Source: Gammaproteobacteria bacterium (lineage in GTDB: Bacteria; Pseudomonadota; Gammaproteobacteria; GCA-001735895). Taken from it: a stretch of DNA of 64,000 bases. A model generated the notes under the pieces. That model did no database searches, was not told where the DNA came from, and saw nothing but the letters and a program-made list of their open reading frames with translations. Shown one piece after another: positions 49,081 through 58,660 of the stretch. How positions within the stretch are numbered: the first letter of the stretch is position 1; the number at the start of each line of letters is the position of its first letter. Location: the NCBI GenBank assembly GCA_014382695.1, contig JACNJF010000107.1, forward strand, positions 12,237 to 76,236, written 5' to 3'. Made by a program: the position numbers and the translations under genes.

Positions 49081-49120
49081 CAAACCAGACCACTTTATAT
49101 TTTGAAAGCTGCTGGTCTGG
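49081..49120 (-). terminator. Possible terminator hairpin after the phosphodiesterase gene
   Basis: Reverse strand: CCAGACCA-20 nt loop-TGGTCTGG then TTTG. The large loop makes this weak. Confidence 0.3.
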
Positions 49121-49134
49121 CTAGAAACAGGGGT

Positions 49135-49899
49135 TTAAAGCTTAAAAACTTCACCGCCAGTCAAACGATTAACCGTAAAATCAGAAATCATTTCCTTACA
49201 TTCCCGGTAAATAAGGTCTTCATCTCCCGGCTTAAAATGAGTCAACCAGATTTCCGGACGATGCTCTAATTTCTTCAGATCATCAGACAGTAGCTGCGGA
49301 CAATAGTGTTTCGATACCTTACTGATCTCCATATCATGATTGGAAAAGGCGGACTCTACGAACAACAGATCCACTTTTTCCAGCTGATTGAGACGAGTCC
49401 AGAGCGTGTCATTGGTCGTTGTATCACCGCTGAAAACAACCGTGCCCTTTTGATCCGAGACACAATAGGCAACACCCGGCACCGTATGATTCACCGGGAT
49501 CATTTCAATAACACGCTGGCGGATGGTTATTTTCTCCCCCGGCTGCATTACGTCAAAACGGATACAGGGATTTTCCCGGTTCGGTAATTCGGAAAAATCA
49601 GGCCAGATAACCCAGTTAAAAATATGCGCCTTCAGGGCCTTGATGGTTTTTTCATGCGCATGCACCACAATCGGCTCACTATGCACACCAAACATACTGT
49701 CGGCCAGTAGTGGCAACCCGGTAATATGATCCATATGGGAATGCGTCAGAAAGATATGACGTATGCCAGTCATCTGATTAAGCGGCAAATCACCGAGCCC
49801 AGTGCCTGCATCAATCAGGATATCGTCATCCATTAGAAAAGACGTGGTACGAAGACTACCGCCTATCCCGCCTGACCATCCTAAAATTTTTATTTGCAT
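49135..49899 (-). CDS. Class II 3',5'-cyclic-nucleotide phosphodiesterase (CpdP/PDE1-like, MBL fold)
   Basis: 254 aa with LTHSHMDHITGLP, matching the class II PDE signature HxHxDH..G. No signal peptide. Confidence 0.65.
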   Translation of the reverse strand: MQIKILGWSGGIGGSLRTTSFLMDDDILIDAGTGLGDLPLNQMTGIRHIFLTHSHMDHITGLPLLADSMFGVHSEPIVVHAHEKTIKALKAHIFNWVIWPDFSELPNRENPCIRFDVMQPGEKITIRQRVIEMIPVNHTVPGVAYCVSDQKGTVVFSGDTTTNDTLWTRLNQLEKVDLLFVESAFSNHDMEISKVSKHYCPQLLSDDLKKLEHRPEIWLTHFKPGDEDLIYRECKEMISDFTVNRLTGGEVFKL

Positions 49900-50343
49900 A
49901 TTATTATCTTATTTTTTATTTCCAACAGGGAAGGCTCTCCAACCACTCCACGACATTCCTGTGTCAACTCAAAACTTGCAAACCGTTCTGTGGGGCTCAA
50001 GTATAGTAAAAAAACCACTGCATAGACGGCTTTATTTCCGAGTCTCAAAACTTAGGACCAACAAAACCCTGACTGGCCAAACAATATAGCAAAAACAGAG
50101 GATGCTCCATCGTTCTCTAACCGGCATATTAAGCTCAACGCTTAATTTGTAGACCTAGTGTATTTTAATAATGCATATTCGGAATATTTAAAATTGTGAC
50201 TCAGTTCAAATATTTAATACTCACCTGAACAACCTGTCTCACTCTCAACTCGATGCTATTTTTAGTCAGGACAAGCTTCTACTTAGTGCTTATATGGGCT
50301 AGAATGTTTGCTCAATTGTAAAACCTGACCCATTGCCCCGATA

Positions 50344-51147
50344 GTGTTTGTAACCAGTATCCTGATCCTTTTTTGCTACAGCCTTTCCGCACTGCTTATT
50401 TTTAAAAATATAGGCAAAGCCGGCAATGTTTTACGCTGGCTTTATTTATCCCCTGCACTACTCGGAGTCGTATTTCAGGCATTGCTTCTGAGCAACCTGA
50501 TCTACCCGGAAAAAGGTCTCATCAATCTTGGCTTTTTCAGCGCACTATGCCTGATCAGCTGGTTAGTCAGCGTGCAAATCCTGATCAGCAGCCTGTACCG
50601 GCCGATGGAAAGCCTCGGCATCATCATGTTTCCTTTTAGCGGTCTAACCTCCGTCGTGGCCACAACGATCCCGTCCTCTCAATCCATCAGCACGGTGAGT
50701 GATCAGTTTATCCACGGCCACATTATGGTTTCCGTTATCGCCTACAGCCTGATTATGTTAAGCGCTTTACAGGCGATTGCACTGGCCTATCAGGATCACT
50801 CTATTCGCTCTCACCACCCGGGCGGATTTATCCGCTACCTGCCTCCGCTGCACGATATGGAGACGCTACTGTTCCAGATGCTCGGATTCGGTTTTATCTT
50901 CTTAAGCACCGCCCTGATCAGCGGCTTTTTCTTTGTCGATGATTTATTTGCTCAGCATCTGGTTCATAAAACCGTGCTCTCCATCATCAGCTGGATCATT
51001 CTCGCGATTCTATTATTTGGTCGTCTGAAATTTGGCTGGCGTGGAAAAATAGCGATCCGCTGGACCCTGACTGCATTTGTTTTCATTATGCTGGCTTACT
51101 TCGGTAGTAAACTGGTGCTGGAATTTATCCTCTCAGCGAATGGCTGA
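50344..51147 (+). CDS. ypjD: YpjD-like inner membrane protein (CcsA/cytochrome-c-assembly family)
   Basis: 267 aa from a GTG start with about 8 TM segments. Paired with a CorB/YfjD-like gene next to ffh, as in enterobacteria. Confidence 0.65.
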   Translation: MFVTSILILFCYSLSALLIFKNIGKAGNVLRWLYLSPALLGVVFQALLLSNLIYPEKGLINLGFFSALCLISWLVSVQILISSLYRPMESLGIIMFPFSGLTSVVATTIPSSQSISTVSDQFIHGHIMVSVIAYSLIMLSALQAIALAYQDHSIRSHHPGGFIRYLPPLHDMETLLFQMLGFGFIFLSTALISGFFFVDDLFAQHLVHKTVLSIISWIILAILLFGRLKFGWRGKIAIRWTLTAFVFIMLAYFGSKLVLEFILSANG

Positions 51148-51183
51148 AGGAATCACCTCCCCCCACCGACAACACTTCGATCC

Positions 51184-52461
51184 ATGAACGAAATTCCTGT
51201 AAGCCTGTTATTTACATCGCTGGCTGTACTCATTCTGATGTCGGCATTTTTTTCCGGCTCAGAAACAGGCCTGATGAGCCTGAACCGTTACAAACTGAAG
51301 CACCAGGCCGAAAAAAATCATGTCGGGGCACGTAAGGCCCATGAACTGTTACAGAATCCCGATCAACTCATCAGCCTGATCCTGCTCGGTAACAATTTTA
51401 TCAACATCCTGATCACGCAGCTGGCAACCTATATCGGATTTCGGCTATATGGTGACACCGGTATTGCCATTGCCACTGGCGTACTAACCGTTGTATTACT
51501 GCTATTCGCCGAGGTCACCCCCAAAACACTGGCGGCCAGGCGCCCTGAAAAAATTGCGTTTATCGCGTCCTATATATACGTACCCTTACTGAAACTGCTA
51601 TATCCGCTCATTATCCTGATTAACTGGCTGGTCAAGCAGGTATTGAAGCTGGCCAATGTTAAGCATCGCAAGCACTCTTCAGGAGACGCACTGACCTCTG
51701 AAGAATTACGCATTGCGGTCACCGAAACGGCGGGGCTGATACCTGACTCACATCGCGATATGCTGCTCAGCATTCTGGATCTGGAAAAAGTCAAAATCGA
51801 AGATATCATGATTCCGCGCAATGATATTGCCGGCATCGACCTGGCGGCCAACTGGGACGAAACCCTTAGCCAGATTATTCGCCTGCCCTATACCCGAATC
51901 CCGGTCTACTCAGAGTCGATTGATAACATCATCGGCATTGCGTTGATGCGCAAGGTTCTACCCTTGCTGATGACCAACTCGTTTAACCGCGAGTCGCTGA
52001 AAGACATCATCCGTAAACCTTATTTTATCCCTGAGGGTACCGCGCTCACGACCCAACTGATCAATTTTCAGCGCAATAAACGGCGCATGGGATTTGTGGT
52101 CGATGAATACGGAGATATTCAGGGACTGGTAGCCCTGGAAGATATACTGGAAGAAATCGTGGGCGAATTCACCACCGACCCCAGTACACGAGGCAGCCCG
52201 TTCTTTAAGGATGCCGATGGCAGCTACCTGATTGAGGGCAGTACCCATGTACGTGATATCAACCACCAGTTAAAAGTACATTTACCGACCAAGGGCCCGC
52301 GTACCATCAATGGATTGATCCTGGAACACCTCGAGATGATACCAGCGGCGGGAACCAGCCTGAAAATTAGTGGTTACCCGGTTGAGATCATGCATATAAA
52401 AAATAACATGGTGAAAACCGTGCGCCTAAAACTCGTTAAAACTCCACGTATCGATGGCTAA
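51184..52461 (+). CDS. CNNM/HlyC-CorC family transporter (DUF21-CBS-CorC_HlyC)
   Basis: 425 aa with an N-terminal DUF21 TM region (FFSGSETG), a CBS pair and C-terminal ..VDEYG...G.V...DILEEIVGE. Confidence 0.82.
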   Translation: MNEIPVSLLFTSLAVLILMSAFFSGSETGLMSLNRYKLKHQAEKNHVGARKAHELLQNPDQLISLILLGNNFINILITQLATYIGFRLYGDTGIAIATGVLTVVLLLFAEVTPKTLAARRPEKIAFIASYIYVPLLKLLYPLIILINWLVKQVLKLANVKHRKHSSGDALTSEELRIAVTETAGLIPDSHRDMLLSILDLEKVKIEDIMIPRNDIAGIDLAANWDETLSQIIRLPYTRIPVYSESIDNIIGIALMRKVLPLLMTNSFNRESLKDIIRKPYFIPEGTALTTQLINFQRNKRRMGFVVDEYGDIQGLVALEDILEEIVGEFTTDPSTRGSPFFKDADGSYLIEGSTHVRDINHQLKVHLPTKGPRTINGLILEHLEMIPAAGTSLKISGYPVEIMHIKNNMVKTVRLKLVKTPRIDG

Positions 52462-53818
52462 GCCAACATCACAGTACCAGTGTCTGGAGTGCGCCAGCAT
52501 CTTGAATAAATGGTCGGGCCAATGCCCAGACTGTAAAGCCTGGAACTGTATCCAGCAGATTCAGCCGCTCAGCTCGTCGCCCAACCGAAACCGTGGAAAC
52601 TGGACGGAACACAAAACCACTACCGAACTGGTCACGCTAAGCTCCATACCCGATCACACAGCCGAGCGTTTCAGCAGCCAGATCGATGAGCTGGATCGAG
52701 TACTGGGTGGGGGTATTGTGCACGGCTCCGTGATACTCCTCGGCGGAGACCCTGGTATCGGAAAATCTACTATCCTGCTGCAGTGCCTGACTCAGGTCAG
52801 CCAGCAATTGAGCACCCTGTATGTCACCGGTGAAGAGTCCCTGCAGCAGGTTAATCTCAGGGCAAAGCGGCTGGAACTGCCACGCGACAAACTGAAGTTG
52901 CTCAGCTCCACCTGCGTCGAAGAAATCATTGCTCATGCGATCACCCTCAAACCAGGTGTAATCGTGATTGACTCCATCCAGACCATTTATACCGATGGAC
53001 TGCAGTCCGCTCCTGGCTCGATCAGCCAGATCAGGGAAAGCACAGCGCTACTGGTTCGCCTGGCCAAACAGCACAATATTGCGATTTTTCTGGTCGGCCA
53101 TGTCACCAAGGATGGGCAACTAGCAGGCCCTCGCGTGCTGGAACATATGGTGGATACGGTGCTCTATTTTGAAGGCGACAGCTCCACCCGTTACCGCGTT
53201 ATCCGGGCCGTTAAAAATCGTTTTGGAGCAGTCAATGAACTCGGGATTTTTGCGATGACCGATCAGGGCCTGAAAACCGTCACCAATCCCTCTGCCATTT
53301 TCCTGTCGAATCATGAAAAACCGGTTGCCGGTAGCATCATTATGGTTTCACGTGAAGGCACCCGCCCTATTCTGGTAGAGATTCAGTCGCTGGTGACCGC
53401 AAGCCACCTCGGTAACCCGCGTCGCATCAGCGTCGGACTGGAATCCAACAGACTCGCCATGTTACTGGCCGTTCTGCAACGACATGGCGGTATTCCACTG
53501 TATGATCAGGATGTTTTCATCAATGCGGTGGGCGGCGTACGCATCAGCGAGACTGGAGCGGATTTAGCCGTGATTCTTGCGATCCTTTCCAGTTACCGCG
53601 ATAAACCGGTCAGTAATCGTCTTCTGGTGTTTGGCGAAGTAGGACTGTCCGGAGAGATCCGCCCGGTGCCTAATGGCGAAGAGCGCCTGAAAGAAGGCAG
53701 TAAACATGGTTTTGAAACCGCAATCATCCCTGCAGCCAACAAACCACGTAAAAATATCTGCCCCAACATGAAACTGATCCCCGTCAATCACTTGGCTGAC
53801 GCGCTGAATGCTTTATAA
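52454..53818 (+). CDS. radA: DNA repair protein RadA (Sms)
   Basis: 454 aa with a zinc finger C-x2-C..C-x2-C, Walker A GDPGIGKST, KNRFG and a Lon-like C-terminus. Confidence 0.92.
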   Translation: MAKPTSQYQCLECASILNKWSGQCPDCKAWNCIQQIQPLSSSPNRNRGNWTEHKTTTELVTLSSIPDHTAERFSSQIDELDRVLGGGIVHGSVILLGGDPGIGKSTILLQCLTQVSQQLSTLYVTGEESLQQVNLRAKRLELPRDKLKLLSSTCVEEIIAHAITLKPGVIVIDSIQTIYTDGLQSAPGSISQIRESTALLVRLAKQHNIAIFLVGHVTKDGQLAGPRVLEHMVDTVLYFEGDSSTRYRVIRAVKNRFGAVNELGIFAMTDQGLKTVTNPSAIFLSNHEKPVAGSIIMVSREGTRPILVEIQSLVTASHLGNPRRISVGLESNRLAMLLAVLQRHGGIPLYDQDVFINAVGGVRISETGADLAVILAILSSYRDKPVSNRLLVFGEVGLSGEIRPVPNGEERLKEGSKHGFETAIIPAANKPRKNICPNMKLIPVNHLADALNAL

Positions 53819-53848
53819 TACAGGCTTTAGCATAACCTGATCATTCGC

Positions 53849-54085
53849 ATGCCTGCCTCCGATAAAACCATTAAAGATTTCGAAAAATCACTGCAAAGCC
53901 TGGAACAGATTGTCAGCAAAATGGAGAATGGCGATCTTGGGCTGGAAGATTCACTGAAACAATTTGAAAAAGGTATCCAGCTCGCAAAAAGCTGCCAGGA
54001 CGCCCTGACTTCCGCCGAACTCATGGTCAAACAGCTGATAGAAAAGAATGGGCTACAGCAAACCATTCCATTTGAAGAAAAATAA
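53849..54085 (+). CDS. xseB: Exodeoxyribonuclease VII small subunit
   Basis: 78 aa with FE.SL..LE.IV..ME.G.L.LE.SL..FE.G. The stop overlaps the ispA ATG (TAATG). Confidence 0.88.
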   Translation: MPASDKTIKDFEKSLQSLEQIVSKMENGDLGLEDSLKQFEKGIQLAKSCQDALTSAELMVKQLIEKNGLQQTIPFEEK

Positions 54086-54987
54086 TGCTTGATCAGAACA
54101 GTTTCAACAGCCTGCTGTTGACATACAAGCAACGGGTCGACCTGGCACTCGAACAATGGCTGCCGCCGGAAACACTGAACCCTGTCAAGCTGCATCAGGC
54201 GATGCGCTATTCGGTACTGGGCAGTGGGAAACGGGTGCGACCGGTTCTGGTGTATGCAACCGCACACACGCTCAACATCCCGCTCGACAAAGTGGATGGT
54301 ATAGCCGCTGCTATCGAGATCATTCACGCCTACTCATTGATCCACGATGACCTGCCTTCGATGGATGACGATGATCTACGCCGTGGCCGGCCCACCTGCC
54401 ACAGGCAATTTGATGAAGCGACCGCGATACTGGCTGGAGATGCCCTGCAGGCACTCGCTTTCTACATTCTTGCACATGACCCGCAGATGACCGTTGACGC
54501 TTCTAAAAGACTCAGCATGATCGAGAAACTGGCGCTCTTTTCCGGCTCCAGAGGTATGGCTGGCGGCCAGGCCCTTGATCTGGACTCCGTCGGTAAAAAA
54601 ATCAACATCGCACAGCTGGAAACGATGCATATCCATAAAACCGGCGCGTTGATTCGCACCTGTATTCAGATGGCAGCCCTGTCCAGCGATAGCACCACCG
54701 ACATTCAGTTCGAGGCGCTGGATCGCTACGCCAAAAAAATCGGGCTATCGTTCCAGGTGCAGGATGACATTCTGGATGTGATCAGCGACACTCATACGCT
54801 TGGCAAACCACAGGGCTCGGATGCCGAACTGGATAAACCCACATTCCCATCCATCATCGGCTTACAGGCTGCACGTGATAAGGCCCAGGAACTGCATCGG
54901 CAGGCTCAGGCTTCACTTGACTGCTTTGGCGCAGAAGCCGATATTTTACGCACTATTTCGCACTGGTTTGTAGAACGCAGCCATTAG
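54085..54987 (+). CDS. ispA: (2E,6E)-farnesyl diphosphate synthase
   Basis: 300 aa with the FARM motif LIHDDLPSMDDDDLRRG and the SARM motif FQVQDDILD. Confidence 0.9.
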   Translation: MLDQNSFNSLLLTYKQRVDLALEQWLPPETLNPVKLHQAMRYSVLGSGKRVRPVLVYATAHTLNIPLDKVDGIAAAIEIIHAYSLIHDDLPSMDDDDLRRGRPTCHRQFDEATAILAGDALQALAFYILAHDPQMTVDASKRLSMIEKLALFSGSRGMAGGQALDLDSVGKKINIAQLETMHIHKTGALIRTCIQMAALSSDSTTDIQFEALDRYAKKIGLSFQVQDDILDVISDTHTLGKPQGSDAELDKPTFPSIIGLQAARDKAQELHRQAQASLDCFGAEADILRTISHWFVERSH

Positions 54988-55000
54988 ACGAGTATTACCC

Positions 55001-56869
55001 ATGCCGACTTCTCATTTGCCATTGCTGAACACGATCAATGATCCGGACGATCTCCGCCTGCTACGCCCCGACCAGTTACCTAAACTGGCCAGCGAATTGC
55101 GACAGTTTATTCTAGAGTCTGTTTCCAGTACCGGCGGTCACCTGGCCTCAGGTCTGGGCTCGATCGAACTCACGATTGCTCTGCACTACCTGTATAACAC
55201 CCCGGATGACCGACTGGTATGGGATGTCGGACACCAGTGCTACCCCCATAAAATCCTCACCGGGCGCAAAAAAGAGATGGCTGGATTACGCCAGAAAGAT
55301 GGCATTTCCGGCTTTCCAAAACCCTCTGAATCCGAGTACGATCATTTCGGCGTTGGCCACTCCAGCACCTCGATCGGAGCCGCTCTGGGAATGGCAATCG
55401 CCGCTAAAGCCAGGGGTATTTCACGCCAGATAGTCGCCATCATCGGTGATGGAGGGATGTCAGCCGGAATGGCGTTTGAAGCACTCAATCATGCCGGCAG
55501 CCTCGACACCAACCTGCTGGTGATATTGAATGACAATAGAATGTCGATTTCGCCGAATGTCGGTGCCATGTCCAAATATCTATCACGTATCTGGTCCGGC
55601 AGTTTTTATTCACACATGCGCGCTGGCAGTAAAAAAGTCTTATCCCAGATTCCTAGCGCCTGGGAAATCGCCAAACGTGCAGAAGAACACCTGAAAGGCA
55701 TGGTCGTACCCGGCACCATCTTCGAAGAGATGGGGTTCAACTATTACGGCCCTATCGATGGGCATGATCTGCCCAATCTGATGCAACTGTTATCCAACCT
55801 GCAAAAGATTGAAGGCCCGCGCTTATTACATATCGTCACCAAAAAAGGCAAAGGCTATAAACCCGCCGAGCTCGATTCCTGCGGTTTTCATGGCACAGGT
55901 CCGTTTGATATATCCACCGGTGCATCTACCGCCAGTTCAGGCAAACCAACTATCCAGTCCTACACCCAGGCTTTTTCTGCATGGCTCGTACAGAAAGGTG
56001 CGGAACAACCTGATTTGCACGTAATCACACCCGCCATGCGCGAAGGCTCTGGTCTGGTAAAATTCTCTCAGCAATTTGCGGATCGATTTCACGATGTTGC
56101 CATTGCCGAGCAGCATGCGGTAACGCTGGCCGCCGGTATGGCAATAGATGGCCTGAAACCGATCGTAGCAATCTATTCGACATTTCTTCAGCGTGCCTAT
56201 GATCAGCTGATTCACGATGTCGCGATCCAGAACCTGAACCTGCTGTTTGCGGTTGATCGTGCTGGCATAGTGGGTGCCGATGGTGCCACCCATACCGGAA
56301 ATTTTGATATCAGCTATTGCCGCTGTATACCCGGAATCGTCATCATGACGCCGTCAAACACTGAAGACCTGCACGCCCTGCTGAATACCGGGTTTGACTA
56401 TAATGGCCCGGCCATGGTGCGTTACCCGCGTGATAATTGCGCCACTACCGAACTCATTAACACGACCACAGGCATACCGCTCGGCCAGTCAGAACTGGTC
56501 CGTAGCGGTCAAAAGATTGCCATTCTGGTGTTCGGCCCGTTCCTCGAAACAGGTACTAAACTCAGCACACAATTTAACTGCACGCTGGTTAACATGCGCT
56601 TTGTCAAACCACTCGATCAGGATCGTTTACTGGAACTGAGTAAAACCCATAGCCACTTTTTCTGTATTGAAGATAACGCTGAACTGGGGGGAGCCGGCAG
56701 TGCGGTAAACGAGTTTATCGCCCAGCATGGATTGAGCACCAAGTGCATCATTAATGGGCTAAAAGATCGCTTCCCCATTCAGGGAACCCGACCTCAGGTG
56801 CTGCAGGATAACCAACTGGACTTTGACCAGCTGGCCTCTAAAATTGAGGCCATCCTGGCGGACACCTAG
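55001..56869 (+). CDS. dxs: 1-deoxy-D-xylulose-5-phosphate synthase
   Basis: 622 aa with GGHL.S.LG, the ThDP motif GDG..SAGMA.EALN and the conserved xseB-ispA-dxs order. Confidence 0.93.
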   Translation: MPTSHLPLLNTINDPDDLRLLRPDQLPKLASELRQFILESVSSTGGHLASGLGSIELTIALHYLYNTPDDRLVWDVGHQCYPHKILTGRKKEMAGLRQKDGISGFPKPSESEYDHFGVGHSSTSIGAALGMAIAAKARGISRQIVAIIGDGGMSAGMAFEALNHAGSLDTNLLVILNDNRMSISPNVGAMSKYLSRIWSGSFYSHMRAGSKKVLSQIPSAWEIAKRAEEHLKGMVVPGTIFEEMGFNYYGPIDGHDLPNLMQLLSNLQKIEGPRLLHIVTKKGKGYKPAELDSCGFHGTGPFDISTGASTASSGKPTIQSYTQAFSAWLVQKGAEQPDLHVITPAMREGSGLVKFSQQFADRFHDVAIAEQHAVTLAAGMAIDGLKPIVAIYSTFLQRAYDQLIHDVAIQNLNLLFAVDRAGIVGADGATHTGNFDISYCRCIPGIVIMTPSNTEDLHALLNTGFDYNGPAMVRYPRDNCATTELINTTTGIPLGQSELVRSGQKIAILVFGPFLETGTKLSTQFNCTLVNMRFVKPLDQDRLLELSKTHSHFFCIEDNAELGGAGSAVNEFIAQHGLSTKCIINGLKDRFPIQGTRPQVLQDNQLDFDQLASKIEAILADT

Positions 56870-56919
56870 AGCGACATCTTGTTTTTAACGCAAAATTCCG
56901 CTGGCGAGGCAATTTCCCA

Positions 56920-56949
56920 TTGCCATCGTTAATATTTCTCGCATACAAT
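56920..56949 (+). promoter_or_regulatory. Candidate sigma-70 promoter of cspA
   Basis: TTGCCA-18 nt-TACAAT, leaving a leader of about 55-60 nt before the cspA ATG. Confidence 0.45.
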
Positions 56950-57012
56950 GTAAATGACTCGCTATTTTGACGGCGTTTCATCGTTTTTTATTACATTATA
57001 AAAGAGAAAATT

Positions 57013-57222
57013 ATGTCTGAATTAGTTTCTGGTACTGTGAAGTGGTTTAACGACTCCAAAGGTTTTGGATTTATTTCGCAGGATGGTGGTCAAGATGTGT
57101 TTGTACATTTCAGCGTTATCAATTCCGATGGTCATAAAACCCTCAAAGAAGGCCAGAAAGTCACCATGAAAGTGACTGACGGAGCCAAAGGTTTACAGGC
57201 AGAAAACGTTACACCATTATAA
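57013..57222 (+). CDS. cspA: Cold-shock protein (CspA family)
   Basis: 69 aa with the RNP1 motif KGFGFI and the RNP2 motif VFVHF. Confidence 0.93.
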   Translation: MSELVSGTVKWFNDSKGFGFISQDGGQDVFVHFSVINSDGHKTLKEGQKVTMKVTDGAKGLQAENVTPL

Positions 57223-57285
57223 TTAATCAATCGGCGCAAATCATAACCTTATGATTGGTGCGTAATATTTAGCTCCAGCCATAAT

Positions 57286-57316
57286 AAAATACCTGAGTCT
57301 TTAACTCAGGTATTTT
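57286..57316 (+). terminator. Hairpin after cspA (terminator or 5'-UTR structure of the next gene)
   Basis: AAAATACCTGAGT-CTTTA-ACTCAGGTATTTT, a 13-bp perfect stem. It is immediately followed by AGAGAGG and the ATG of the TusE/DsrC gene. Confidence 0.55.
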
Positions 57317-57329
57317 AAGAGAGGTTACT

Positions 57330-57665
57330 ATGGAAGCCATTGTAAATGGTAAGACTATTCAGTTAAGCGAAGCTGGCTGGTTAGAAAATCTGGACGAATG
57401 GAGTCCGGAACTGGCACATGAAATTGCCATTAGCGAAAGGGTTGGTGCACTTACTGAAGAACACTGGGACATCATTAACATGGCCCGTGAATACTTTAAG
57501 GATAATGGTGTCGTCTGCGAACCGCGTGCTTTCTCCAAATTAATGAAGAGCAAGTACGGCAAGGATCGTAGTGATCAAAAGTATATCTACTCGTTATTTC
57601 CAACCGGGCTCATCAAATGCGCCAATAAGATAGCCGGCCTGCCAAGACCGAAAGGCTGCAGCTAA
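57330..57665 (+). CDS. TusE/DsrC/DsvC-family sulfur relay protein
   Basis: 111 aa with the family pattern EEHWDIIN..R.YF and the C-terminal arm KIAGLPRPKGCS, which has a penultimate Cys. A second Cys lies 13 residues upstream. Confidence 0.8.
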   Translation: MEAIVNGKTIQLSEAGWLENLDEWSPELAHEIAISERVGALTEEHWDIINMAREYFKDNGVVCEPRAFSKLMKSKYGKDRSDQKYIYSLFPTGLIKCANKIAGLPRPKGCS

Positions 57666-57689
57666 CCGAAATCCGCATTTAGTTGATAG

Positions 57690-57724
57690 ACAGGGCGACA
57701 AATTTATTGTCGCCTGTTTTTATT
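57690..57724 (+). terminator. Rho-independent terminator after the TusE/DsrC gene
   Basis: ACAGGGCGACAA-loop-TTGTCGCCTGT (one bulge) followed by TTTTTATT. Confidence 0.8.
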
Positions 57725-57801
57725 GGCCATCATAATCACGCCAGTTGCTTTCCCAACCATGATCATTAGCCCCGCTAATTGCACTTTATTGAGGAATTAA
57801 T

Positions 57802-58611
57802 ATGAATCAACCTGCCGACGCTGAAATCCCGGACGTACAGGGAAGAGCTGACAAACGCAAAATCGCTATCAATAAGGTTGGTATAAAAGATATCCGTCAT
57901 CCGGTTATTGTTAAAGATCGCTCAGATGGACAGCAGCATACCGTTGCAACTTTTAATATGTATGTCTTTCTGCCGCATCATTTCAAGGGCACCCACATGT
58001 CCCGTTTCGTGAAAATTTTGAATGATCACGAAAAAGAAATCTCTACCAAGTCATTCAAGGAAATGCTAACCGAAATGTCCGAGATGCTGGAAGCAGACTC
58101 CGGTTATATCGAAATGAACTTCCCGTTCTTTGTGAATAAGAAGGCACCGATTTCAGGGGTTGAATCGCTGATGGATTATGATGTCAGCCTGATTGGCGAA
58201 ATCAATAACGGTAAGACCCAGACCAGAGTCAAGATTCAGGTACCGGTGACCAGTCTGTGCCCCTGTTCCAAGTCGATCTCAGATTATGGTGCGCATAATC
58301 AGCGTTCGCACGTGACCGTTAATGTAAAAACAGATGGCTTTATCTGGATCGAAGAATTGATTGAACTGGTCGAGAAACAGGCTTCCTGCGAACTTTATGG
58401 TTTACTCAAGCGTCCGGATGAAAAGTATGTCACCGAACGTGCATACGACAATCCAAAGTTTGTTGAAGACATGGTGCGCGATGTCGCCAGGAAGCTGAAC
58501 GAAGATAAGCGTATTCGCAGTTATGTGCTGGAATCTGAAAATTTTGAATCCATCCATAATCATTCCGCGTATGCACTGATTGAACACGATAAAGACGCCG
58601 ACCCGCAATAA
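57802..58611 (+). CDS. folE2: GTP cyclohydrolase IB (FolE2)
   Basis: 269 aa with [26 protein letters not shown] and HNQRSH, all typical of FolE2/MptA. Confidence 0.85.
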   Translation: MNQPADAEIPDVQGRADKRKIAINKVGIKDIRHPVIVKDRSDGQQHTVATFNMYVFLPHHFKGTHMSRFVKILNDHEKEISTKSFKEMLTEMSEMLEADSGYIEMNFPFFVNKKAPISGVESLMDYDVSLIGEINNGKTQTRVKIQVPVTSLCPCSKSISDYGAHNQRSHVTVNVKTDGFIWIEELIELVEKQASCELYGLLKRPDEKYVTERAYDNPKFVEDMVRDVARKLNEDKRIRSYVLESENFESIHNHSAYALIEHDKDADPQ

Positions 58612-58632
58612 ATCCCCGACCGATCAAAAAAG

Positions 58633-58660
58633 TGCTGCAGTCTAAAAGACTGCAGCTTTT
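58633..58660. terminator. Bidirectional hairpin terminator between folE2 and the convergent membrane-protein operon
   Basis: AAAAAAGTGCTGCAGTC-TAAAA-GACTGCAGCTTTT. The stop codon of the minus-strand ORF (58642-58644) lies at the stem-loop junction. Confidence 0.7.

Noticed and set aside
49802-50089. 95-aa plus-strand ORF at the start of the 444-bp intergenic region
   Set aside because: It begins antisense inside the phosphodiesterase gene. It has no SD and no motif, and its composition is atypical. It is probably non-coding.
53827-54327. 166-aa minus-strand ORF overlapping xseB and the ispA 5' end
   Set aside because: It is antisense to well-supported xseB and ispA, which have conserved motifs and a coupled TAATG junction. 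It has no SD or motif. Shadow ORF.
57727-57801. Zur box upstream of folE2 (FolE2 is often zinc-repressed)
   Set aside because: Only a short palindrome ATGATCAT is present. Nothing resembles the long AT-rich Zur palindrome, so I make no regulatory claim.
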